Below are positions 53,461-64,000 of a DNA stretch of 64,000 bases, piece after piece. The DNA is from Eledone cirrhosa. Its lineage: Eukaryota. Made by a program: the position numbers and the translations under genes. Location of the stretch: the NCBI GenBank assembly GCA_964016885.1, contig OZ024758.1, positions 23,994,001 through 24,058,000 on the forward strand, read 5' to 3'. The notes beneath the pieces are model-generated. The model saw only the letters and a program-made list of their open reading frames with translations, searched no databases and was not told where the DNA came from. How positions within the stretch are numbered: the stretch's first letter is position 1; each line of letters starts with the position of its first letter.

Positions 53461-53846
53461 TAATTGTTTCTACTTTAGGCACAAGGCCAGCAAAATACCC
53501 AGTGCATTACTGGTACTTTATTCTATCGACCCCGTAAGGAGGAAAGGCAAAGTCAACTTCGGCGGGATTTGAACTCAGATTGTAAAGGGACGTAACTATG
53601 CTGGAAAGCATGGCGTCCGACCCTCTACCGATACTGCCAATCCACCGCCCTTTATAAAATAAATAATTGTTTCTAGTTTAGGCACAAGGCTAGCAATTAT
53701 CCCAGTGTATTACTGGTAATTTATTTTATCGACCCCGTAAGGATGAAAGGCAAAGTTAACCTCGGCGGGATTTGAACTCAGAATGGCAAGGGCCGTAACT
53801 CTATGCGTCAAAGCATGGCGTCCGACCCTCTACCGATACTGCCAAT
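53461..53846 (-). mobile_element. Two tandem OK-like SINEs
   Basis: Family motifs. Confidence 0.85.
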
Positions 53847-54237
53847 GATAATAATTATTAACGGGAACAGAAATTATGTTTTCTCAGCGTCCATACATGA
53901 AGCAGCTTGCTAAAAATAGGAACAGACTAATCTTTCATAAATTATACTCTTCCGATTTATAAAAGGAAGGACATATTAGATAATGTTGTCCGGCGTATAG
54001 TATGTCTGGATGGTCATGGATGGATGGTCATGTATATGATGCTTTCGATGATAAGTCTTCTCTGTAATGGTTGAATTACTTTGTCAGTAGTTGCCGCTAA
54101 AATCTGCAACACAGTGCTACTAAACAGAATAAGACCACATCAAAGCCCGAAACTTAAAATAAATCAAAATGGTTTTAGACATGATAGATCGGCGATGTCA
54201 CAAACTTACTAGAAGACTTCATATTGCATTGACAATC

Positions 54238-54292
54238 GGCTTCTTTCCTGATGATTTCCTCCGAATGAAACAGCTCTAGTTATGTAGAAGCC
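54238..54292 (+). ncRNA. Type I hammerhead motif (same family as 26245-26295)
   Basis: GGCTTC tttc-CTGATGA-tTTC ctcc GAAt-GAAA-CA gctctagtta TG-TA-GAAGCC. An eroded copy lies at 45197-45241 (-). Confidence 0.7.
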
Positions 54293-54377
54293 ATTTCTAT
54301 ATTAAATATTTATACTCTGATATGTATTGAGTACTTTTCTTACTGTCGTTACTCTCGATTGAAACCGGCACACACAT

Positions 54378-54460
<83 letters not shown>

Positions 54461-54814
54461 TAAAATAACAGGTAAAAGTTTAAGCAAGGAATCGCTGCTG
54501 TTATTTTAATAAATATTTGCTCTACGGTTTCAATATGTATTCTAATATATAAATTATCCTTATCGAGCCCTCTTCGGATTTTAGTCTTCATATTTATTAT
54601 TATTACTATATATTACTATATACAGGGCGGTGGATTGGCAGTATCGGTAGAGGGTCGGACGCCATGCTTTGCAGCACAGTTATGTCCCTTTACGGACCGA
54701 GTTCAAAACCCGCCGAGGTTAACTTTGCCTTCATCCTTAAGGGGTCGATAAAATAAAGTACCAGTAATACACTGGGATAATTGCTGGCCTTGTGCCAAAA
54801 GTAGAAACAATTAT

Positions 54815-54854
<40 letters not shown>

Positions 54855-55412
54855 TGTAATTCGAGGGAGATATATCTGCTATTTCTAATAATTGTTTCTA
54901 CTTTAGGCACAAGGACAGCAAATACCCAGTACATTACTGGTACTTTATTTTATCGACCCCGTAAGGATGAAAGGCAAAGTCAACCTCGGCGGGATTTCTA
55001 ATAATATATCCCAGAAGCACGGATGAATATTCAATGTGTTGATATTATAATCTTAATATTTCAATTGTTTGAATATCTTGTAGTACGGTGAAATTAATTC
55101 CAGCGTTCCTCCTTTTCCTTTGACTTCATTTTTTCTGTCTTTAAAGCTTTCTCCTGTTCTGTTATTCTGAGAAATGCCATTGATTAATTCATCGACTTCT
55201 GAATATCATTTGGTTCTTTTTGGTTTCTCTTATTCTGTCTTCCTACCTCCCACTCTCCTTTGCTTTCATTAATTCAGTCATTTGACAATGTAGCCTCTCC
55301 TATTGTACATACATTGTACATACAATAGAGGCAGTAGAGTGTGGGTTAGGGAAATTTGGCTGTCTTTTCTATTAGGCCTATTGATTATACGTTGAATAAT
55401 CTCTCTCTCTCG

Positions 55413-55453
<41 letters not shown>

Positions 55454-55658
55454 CACACATATATATATATACACACACACACACATGCATATACAGGGTG
55501 TTCCAAACATGTATACACACTTCAACAGCATTCTAATAAATACTGCCTGTACAGGTAATCAATATGTGTATATATATATATAATAAAAGATGTAAATTAT
55601 GAAATGACTTATACCTCGAAACGGTCGGAGCTCAGCCGTCGGGATCCTGAATCTTTTC

Positions 55659-55692
<34 letters not shown>

Positions 55693-55954
55693 TTCGCCGA
55701 AAAGAAGTAAGTGACATAGTCACTACTTTAAAACTGATAGCGTATGGTCTTCTAAATGTTTTTAATTAAACATACAGTATATTGCCAAATATACTATACA
55801 TACATTCATGTATACATCGCTATTTTAGAGCACCAATCCTAATACCTAATTTTTGCTGGACCGGAAATCGCTCTCTATAATCAGCTCCTGATTATTACTG
55901 GAATTCTATAAGAATCCAGCTTCTATAATTTTCGGCGAAAGCAAGGAAGTACGT

Positions 55955-55996
55955 GGCTCTGATGAACACCAACCAGCGTGAAACAGTCTGTCAGCT
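55955..55996 (+). ncRNA. Type I hammerhead motif
   Basis: GGCT-CTGATGA-AC accaaccagc GT-GAAA-CAG t CTG-TC-AGCT. The downstream 56010-56130 matches the reverse complement of 16160-16310. Confidence 0.65.
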
Positions 55997-56199
55997 TCTC
56001 TCCCTTCTTTCAACTTCTGTGCATATTGTCAATTACGTTTTTGTTTGATGTATCATATCTACATGGATATAATATCAATATGCACACTACACATGCTAGC
56101 AGAAAACCACCGGAAGAGTGTTTTTTCTGCTACTTCATCTAATCCAGGACGACCCCCCCCCCCTGTCGAAGGAACTGTTGGTTGACTTCCACCACTTTC

Positions 56200-56510
56200 T
56201 GTTTGGTTTTGGTTATGTCGGGGGTGTAACACTCAGTCAATTGCGGGTTGGTGAGGCTATTTAGCCCGGGGTGGAAAGCCATTGACTCCCAGGAGTTCAT
56301 TCGCCCTTTTAACGGCTCTTTTCATGCTGCTTGGGTTCTACTTATCCCACTCACTAGACCAGGGTCTAATGTGGAAGCCGGGACAGTTCAGTTGCCGATC
56401 GCTCGACCATGAAGCAGGTTGTATTGGCTAGCCACAGGTGCGAGCCTCGCGAGATGGAATGGCTCTTCCAGCGCATCTCACCACCCTCCGGGGAAACGAC
56501 TTCTCCGTGA
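56200..56510 (+). pseudogene. Decayed CRE-clade RLE fragment
   Basis: LASHRCEPREMEWLFQRISP..LRGN (frameshifted). Confidence 0.55.
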
Positions 56511-56667
56511 ATGTATGCGGTTCCACTCTGCACAAGTTAGCCTCCCTACCGTCATTACATCCCACGGTAAAAATAAAGTCGGATACTTTTTCGAAGACCC
56601 TGAATATGTATGTATGTACGTACATATATGCACTTCCGTACAAATGTATGTATGTATGTATGTGTAA

Positions 56668-57620
56668 CATGTATCCCAGTACAACCTGTCTCCACAGCAC
56701 AGGCATTGCTTTATATCTGGAGATCTCTCTGCACTTGTCGTCACATGGTACCATGGGCCCAGTACTATGTGTCAATAATGGTCACAGGTGTAGTCTTTGT
56801 ACCAGAGTTTTCAAGTCGCTGGACTAAAAAGTCACACTCGTTCAGCGCATCGGTAGGGGTTCTCCTACAAGGATATAAAGTAGTGGCCGTACTCGAAAAC
56901 GAGTTGGCAGCCACCATGTATGTATGCATGCACTTACATATGTACGCAAGTAAATATGTACATACGTATGTATGTATGTACATACGTATGTATGTATGTA
57001 TATATGTGCTACTGGTAACATGTTGGTGCTACTGGTAACATGTAGCCCAGTACAACCTGTCTCATGGTTGGGTCGTTGGCGACTAAACTGGCAACCCCAC
57101 CAAGGTTTCTTGGTGAGGAGGGTGACTTTGGACATCCTGCAGGACTAAAAACAAAACCTGTCAAAGGGCAAAGGAGCTCTTAAGAGTCAATGGCCATCCA
57201 AAATCACTGGGAGAGATGACCCCTTAGCCTTTGTCAAGGCAGAATTCTAGGAGAAGGAAAACTCTGATATAACACCTGCAACCCTGATGGTATCCAATGA
57301 TGTTGACTTGTTATACTTTTTGGTAAATATCATCTTGGTTAAGAGAGTGGGACTGGCTTTGTGCAGTGCCTTTGCTCACTATAAAAGCTTCACGGCACAG
57401 GCATTGCTTTATATCTGGAGATCTCTCTGCACTTGTCGTCACATGGTACCATGGGCCCAGCACTATGTGTCAATAATTGTCACAAGTGTAGTGTTTGTAC
57501 CAGAGTTTTCAAGTCGCTGGCTGGACTAAAAAGTCACACTCGTTCAGCGCATCGGTAGGGGTTCTCCTACATGGATATAAAGTAGTGGCCGTACTCGAAA
57601 ACGAGTTGACAACCACCATG
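56668..57620 (+). mobile_element. Tandem copies of the about 590-bp RTE-like non-autonomous element separated by (TATG)n
   Basis: Internally deleted copy at about 56668-56917 and full copy at about 57028-57620. Confidence 0.55.
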
Positions 57621-58348
57621 TGCCTACGCGCATATGTATGTATGTATCTATGTATGCATGTTCATACACATCACACACACAATAAGTTATCTGCGAACAT
57701 AGATGTTAGTCATACTTGAATTACTGTAACGGTTCCATACCTATCACATAAATAGCTTATTAGATGAACTGGGTCGCAGCCGCTACGGTTTTTAACTATA
57801 AACACTGACTGCTCTACAACACAGACGATCTGCTCAGTAGCATATGAAGAATAAACCTCTTAAGTGGCAGTACTAAATCCAATCACCTTCACCAACTTTT
57901 ACATTCTGCCTCACACATATATATCAACACCACTTTAGATATAAATACTTGTTTCTACTTTAGGCACAAGGCCAGCAATTACCCAGTGCATTACTGGTAC
58001 TTTATTTTATCGACCCCGTAAGGATGAAAGGCAAAGTCAACCTCGGCGGGATTTGAACTCACTTAGATATAACTACTGACTGCTCTACAGCACAGACAAT
58101 CTGCTCTGTAGCATACGAAGTATGAACTTTTTCGCTGACAATCCTAAACCCCATTATCTTCACCAAACTTTCTGCCCCATATATATATATATATATACAC
58201 TTAACATTTAATATTCTGCCATACTCTTTCATTCTAATACCATTATAAATTTTAAAGGATTGTAAATAAAACGAGTAAATCAAACAAAGTTGGAATTCCT
58301 TTTATTAATATAATCTTCTATACACAATCATACGCACCCATGTATATT

Positions 58349-58414
<66 letters not shown>

Positions 58415-58417
<3 letters not shown>

Positions 58418-58785
58418 TCATCATCATCATTTTACGTCCGCTTTTCCCTGCTTGCAACCCTGGGGTCCTATTCAGCACATCATCTCTCCACTTGTCACGG
58501 TCCTTCTCATCTTCTCGGTGATTTTCAGCGATCTGAGGTCTGCTCTCACCACCTCCGCCCATGTTTTACGTGGTCTACCTCTACTGCGTCTTCCTTCTAC
58601 TGGGATTTCTTGGCACTTCTTTACCCACCGGTCATCCTCTATGCGCATCACATGTCCATACCAACTCAGCCTTCTCTCCAGCACACCACAACTTATCCCA
58701 GTTTCTTTACCCAGTCTCTTATACCCAGTTTCTTTCTCAACTTGTCTATGCTTGGTCGTTCACTCACATTGACATTGCACATCAA
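58415..58785 (-). pseudogene. RTE-clade LINE 3' end with (TGA)n tail
   Basis: LERRLSWYGHVMRIEDDRWVKKCQEIPVEGRRSRGRPRKTWAEVVRADL, with (CAT)n on the + strand. Confidence 0.85.
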
Positions 58786-58961
58786 AACCACTAGACTTAC
58801 TTATTAACAGTGCATTTTTTCTATTAAATTTATTCAACTATAATGTTATTTTTAATATCCTCTGTGGAACGTTATTTTGTTTTATGTTAGACTGGGTCCT
58901 AATATCATATTTTCGCCGTTTTTGTTTAGTCCGGATAATGTTTATTCATATTTCTAAATAA

Positions 58962-59299
58962 AGACCCCCTTCGGTTACGAATGACCATGGGATTTGCGCC
59001 TAGAAAGTTCCTCTCCGAGGCACATGTCCTGGGTAAGGTTGTTTGTGGAAGACCAGCAGTCGCCCATACATACCAGTCTCCTCTCTCCACGCCACCGATG
59101 TTTTCCAAGGGAAAGGCAATGACCGATACAGCATGGCACCAGTGACAACGCAACTCATTTCTACAGTTGAGTAAACTGGAGCAACGTGAAATAAAGTGTC
59201 TTGCTCAAGAACACAACGCACCACGCGGTCCGAGAATCGAACTCAAAACCTTCCGATTGCAAGCCCAATGCTCTAACCACTAAGCCATGCGTCTCCACA
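58962..59299 (-). mobile_element. OR2-like CORE SINE
   Basis: Homologous to 14162-14495. Confidence 0.8.
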
Positions 59300-59997
59300 A
59301 AGTTTATTTCTAAATAAACTAAAATTATATATTAAGTTCTAGTATAGGCACAAGGCCAGTATTTTGGGGGAAGGGAAAGTCGATTGAGTGGAGGGGAAGT
59401 CGATTAAATCGACCTCAGTGCATTACTGGTACTTTATTTTATCGACCCCGTAAGGATGAAAGGCAAAGTAAACCTCAGCGGGATTTGAACTCAGACCGTA
59501 AAGGGCCGTAACTCTGTGCCGAAAAGCATGGTGTCTGACGCTCTACCGATACTGCCAATCCACTGTCCTACTAAAATTATATATTAGTACCAGTAATGCA
59601 CTGGGTAATTTGCTGGCCTTGTGCCTAAAGTAGAAACAATTATATATTAGTACCGAATTACACACATGTAGAAAATAAGATTTGTTTTCAGAATGAAAAT
59701 GCTTGTTTGTTGAATTTTAGATGACGTTTCCGCTACTTCGAGTATGTTAGAGTAATTAGTAGATTTTTAAGAACGTTCAAGGTCAGTGAACTGCATACAT
59801 TCCTCGTTTTCAATTAAGGTTCCTGTTTAGTATTTATTCCTCTCTCACAACATATACATTGGTTCCTGCTGTGAAACTGACAGAATACGGTAAACATGAA
59901 AAAGGAAATTGAGAATGTGAGACTCTCAAACGCAAAAAAATAAGTGTAATAACAGTTGATCTCCATAAATAATAGTTTAATAAAAGATTAGTAAAAG

Positions 59998-60217
59998 GGG
60001 CGGTGGATTGGCAGTATCGGTAGAGAGTCGGACGCCATGCTTTGTCGCATAGAGTTACGGCCCTTTATGATCCGAGTTCAAATCCCACCGAGGTTAACTT
60101 TGCCGTTCATCCTTACGGGGTCGATAAAATAAAGTACCAGTCACGAACTAGGGTCGATTTCATCGACTTTTCCCTCCCCCCAAAATTGCTGGCCTTCTGC
60201 CTACATAAGAAACCATT
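59998..60217 (+). mobile_element. Full-length OK-like SINE
   Basis: Family motifs. Confidence 0.85.
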
Positions 60218-60254
60218 ATTCGTAAAGATTAATTGTTTTTATTCATTGTAAACG

Positions 60255-61055
60255 GTTGCGAATTGCCAGAGTTGTTAGGACATCTGATAGAATGTGTTGT
60301 GGTATTGTCAGAGTTGTTAGGACATCTGATAGAATGTGTTGTGGTATTGTGAGAGTTGTTAGGACATCTGATAGAATGTGTTGTGGTATTGTGAGAGTTG
60401 TTAGGACATCTGATAGAATGTGTTGTGGTATTGTGAGAGTTGTTAGGACATCTGATAGAATGTGTTGTGGTATTGTGAGAGTTGTTAGGACATCTGATAG
60501 AATGTGTTGTGGTATTGTGAGAGTTGTTAGGACATCTGATAGAATGCGTTGTGGTATTGTCAGAGTTGTTAGGACATCTGACAGAATGCGTTGTGGTATT
60601 GTGAGAGTTGTTAGGACATCTGGCAGAATGTGTTGTGGTATTGTGAGAGTTGTTAGGACATCTGATAGAATGTGTTGTGGTATTGAGAGTTGTTAGGACA
60701 TCTGGCAGAATGGGTTGTGGTCTGTCAGAGTAGTTAGGACATCAGATAGAATGGGTTGTCGTCTGTCAGAGTTGTTAGGACATCAGACAAAATGGGTTGT
60801 GGTATTGTGAGAGTTGTTAGGACATCTGACAGAATAGGTTGTGGTCTGTCAGAGTTGTTAGGGCATCAGATAGAATGTGTTGTGGTCTGTCAGAGTAGTT
60901 AGGACATCAGACAGAATGGGTTGTGGTCTGTCAGAGTTGTTAGGGCATCAGATATGTCTTGTGGCACTCATTCTAGTTCACTACGCTCTCCGTGCTCAAA
61001 TCCCGACGAGCCCAACTTTACCTTTCATCCTTTCCAGGTTGATAAAGATATGTAC
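60255..61055 (+). repeat. 42-bp minisatellite (about 16 units) derived from the head of an old OK-like SINE
   Basis: Unit GAGTTGTTAGGACATCTGATAGAATGTGTTGTGGTATTGTGA. The SINE body resumes at about 60990 (CTCAAATCCCGACGAG...CCTTTCATCC). Confidence 0.8.
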
Positions 61056-61895
61056 CATTCCTGTATTGGAATTTTATCTCTCTCTCTGGAAGAAATCGGC
61101 TGTGCTAAACCCGGAGGGGTATGATCCTCAACCAAGGTTTAAAATGCCTAAGAGCACACCACGTTTCACTAAGATACCCCTACGACTCCATCAGGAGTTA
61201 CGGGTCCATCCACCCACACATACATCCATCCGTCCATACATCCATCCGTCCACACATACATATATCCATCCGTCCATTCATACATCTGTCCATACATACA
61301 TCCATTCATCCATCCGTCCACACATATATCCATTCATCCATCCGTCCATACATTCGTCCGTCCATCCATACATACATCCATTCATCCATTCATACATCTG
61401 TCCATACATACATCCATTCATCCATACGTCCGTACGTCCATCCATCCGTCCGTCCATCCATCCATACATCCGTCCGTCCGTCCATACATCCATACGTCCA
61501 TCCGTCCATCGCTCCATACGTCCGTCCGTCCATCCATACATTCATCCATCCATACATTGTAAAATATAAACTGAATCTCAATCTAGTTGGTTATTATCGG
61601 TAGAGAGTCGGACGCCATACTTTCCAGCATAGTTACGTCCCTTTACGATCTGAGTTCAAATCCCGCCGAGGTTGACTTTGCCTTTCATCCTTACGGGGTC
61701 GATAAAATAAAGTACCAGTAATGTACTGGGTAATTGCTGGCCTTGTGCCTAAAGTAGAAACAGTTATTTCACTATTTTTCTGTTATACAGCACGTATTTC
61801 TTTTAATACATCGAAAATAAATTATGTAAAAAAATAAAACAAAATAAAAATAGAGTGTCTTGGTTGGTGTGTTTTAGTTACGAACCAAAACGTAA

Positions 61896-62470
61896 CACGC
61901 TTGGGTCATGTTAACGTTATCACGCTTGGGTCATGTTAACGTTATCACGTATGGGTCATGTTAACGTTATCACGCTTGGGTCATGTTAACGTTATCACGT
62001 ATGGGTCATGTTAACGTTATCACGTATGGGTCATGTTAACGTTATCACGTATGGGTCATGTTAACGTTATCACGCTTGGGTCATGTTAACGTTATCACGT
62101 ATGGGTCATGTTAACGTTATCACGCTTGGGTCATGTTAACGTTATCACGCTTGGGTCGTGTTAACGTTATCACGCTTGGATCATGTTAACGTTATCTCGC
62201 TTGGGATATGTTAACGTTATCACGTATGGGTCATGTTAACGTTATCACGTATGGGTCGTGTTAACGTTATCACGCATGGGTCGTGTTAACGTTATCACGC
62301 TTGGGTCATGTTAACGTTATCACGCTTGGGTCATGTTAACGTTATCACGTATGGGTCATGTTAACGTTATCACGCTTGGGTCATGTTAACGTTATCACGC
62401 TTGGGTCGTGTTAACGTTATCACGTATGGGTCATGTTAACGTTATCACGCTTGGGTCATGTTAACGTTAT
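61896..62470. repeat. 25-bp minisatellite (about 23 units)
   Basis: CACGCTTGGGTCATGTTAACGTTAT. Confidence 0.95.
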
Positions 62471-62580
62471 TTCTCGTCTGACATAATTAGTTTTACTTCT
62501 GAGTATAACACAGAATTTATTTTGTTCGTTGTTAATAACAGAACATTTCTTGTGTGTTTGTGAGGATAGCTTTGATTAAT

Positions 62581-62765
62581 TAACTGTTTCTACTTTAGGC
62601 ACAAGGCCAGCAATTACCCAGTGCATTACTGGTACTTTATTTTATCGACCCCGTAAGGATGAAAGGCAAAGTCAACCTCGGCGGGATTTGAACTCAGATC
62701 GTAAAGGGACGTAACTATGCTGGAAAGCACGGCGTCCGACCCTCTACCGATACTGCCAATCCACT
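62581..62765 (-). mobile_element. OK-like SINE
   Basis: Family motifs. Confidence 0.85.
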
Positions 62766-63051
62766 TAACGGTAATGGAGTAGCCTACTTAAAAAAAGAGA
62801 TATAGTGTTATGACTACATGAGTAGGCTGATTCGATAGGTCGATGATATAGTATGATAATTAGTACAGTTACTGCAATCAGTGACTGCGTGCTAAGCAAG
62901 TTTCTATACAATGATTTGGTATGGTCTCGTAACTCCTGATAGAGCCGTAGGGGCGCTGTATTGACATACGGCGTTTCTTGGGCATTTAAAGCCTGACGGA
63001 GCCCATCCCTCTCCAGGCCTGAGTACAGTAGATTTCTTCCAGAGAGAGAGA

Positions 63052-63141
<90 letters not shown>

Positions 63142-63142
63142 A

Positions 63143-63199
<57 letters not shown>

Positions 63200-63203
63200 G
63201 AGA

Positions 63204-63236
<33 letters not shown>

Positions 63237-63394
63237 GAATCTACCCCGTACTTGACTGGTACATTTTAACCACTTTGCTTTCAATATCTTCGCAAATAAT
63301 AATAGAAAAACTTTATAAATATATTCTTGGTCTTTTACAAGCTCAGGTCAATTGCTATAATTCATTTCTCATTTATTTAATGAAATGTATGTAT

Positions 63395-63768
63395 GGTCAT
63401 GTAACTCCTGATAGAGTCGTATGGCGCCATATTGACATACGGCGTTTCTTGAGCATTTTAAGTCTGGCGGAGCCCATGACTCTCCATGTCTGAGTACAGC
63501 AGATTTTTCAGGGAGAGGAAGAATAGACCCCAGTAGTCGACTGGTACTTTTCTTTATCGACCTCGAAGGGATGAAAGGCAAAGCTGACCTCGGCGGGATT
63601 TGAACTCCGAGATCAGAGAGCTGGAATTAATACCACAAAGCATTCTACCTGACGTTCTAACGACTCTACCATTCTATCCGACGCGCTAACGACTCTACCA
63701 TTCTATCCGACGTTCTAACGACTCGGCCATTCTATCCGACGTTCTAACGACTCTCACAATTCGCCGCC
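63395..63768 (-). mobile_element. Older OK-like SINE subfamily with long 3' extension and 29-bp head repeats
   Basis: The extension (GTAACTCCTGATAGAG...TCTGAGTACAGCAGATTT) recurs at about 24085-24250, 40700-40820, 61085-61205 and 62925-63045. Confidence 0.65.
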
Positions 63769-64000
63769 TATATACAATAATATATAAGGTTTAAAAAGCA
63801 GAAAACAAATTTATTTTCGAAAACAATCTAACATCATCTACTCACTCCACATCTCAAATGTTTGAAAATCATAAACAAAAATCATAAACAGATCTATTTC
63901 AAATAACAACAACACTGCAGATATTTAAAAATGGAAAATGAAGGGAAGAGTAAGGGCTTTGGGGCCATAGACAACTAGTTGATATTGTTGACGTCTTGTG

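Noticed and set aside
56575-56606. Mariner-like TIR fragments (also 32143, 38405 and 55491)
   Set aside because: Partner TIRs and transposase are not identifiable, and the fragments are too short to call.
59998-60090. tRNA gene (A/B boxes)
   Set aside because: The boxes belong to SINE heads and there is no cloverleaf.

Overview
Repeat-dense, AT-rich eukaryotic (metazoan) genomic DNA. It is most likely from an octopod cephalopod, inferred from abundant tRNA-derived SINEs resembling the octopus OK (Nin-domain) and OR2 (CORE) families. No intact protein-coding gene is visible. Most ORF-track entries are microsatellite translations; real coding similarity is limited to decayed non-LTR retrotransposons (R4/Dong-type RT-RLE, RTE 3' ends, CRE-type RLE C-termini) plus one candidate 67-nt exon. 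The main hidden signal is at least 9 families of short (150-900 bp) non-coding elements, most sharing one architecture: a fold-back palindrome with a family-specific axis, one arm carrying an extra 40-120 nt 3' tail, and ends buried in (TA)n microsatellite. Many of these elements, and several solo relatives, contain type I hammerhead ribozyme motifs (stem I-CTGAnGA-stem II-GAAA-often palindromic stem III-UH-stem I'). I count about 18 motif copies, including U3-A8 covariant cores. This fits a diverse set of TA-targeting, ribozyme-bearing, non-autonomous Penelope-like (inverted pLTR) elements. All folds were done by eye, and coordinates are approximate to a few bases.
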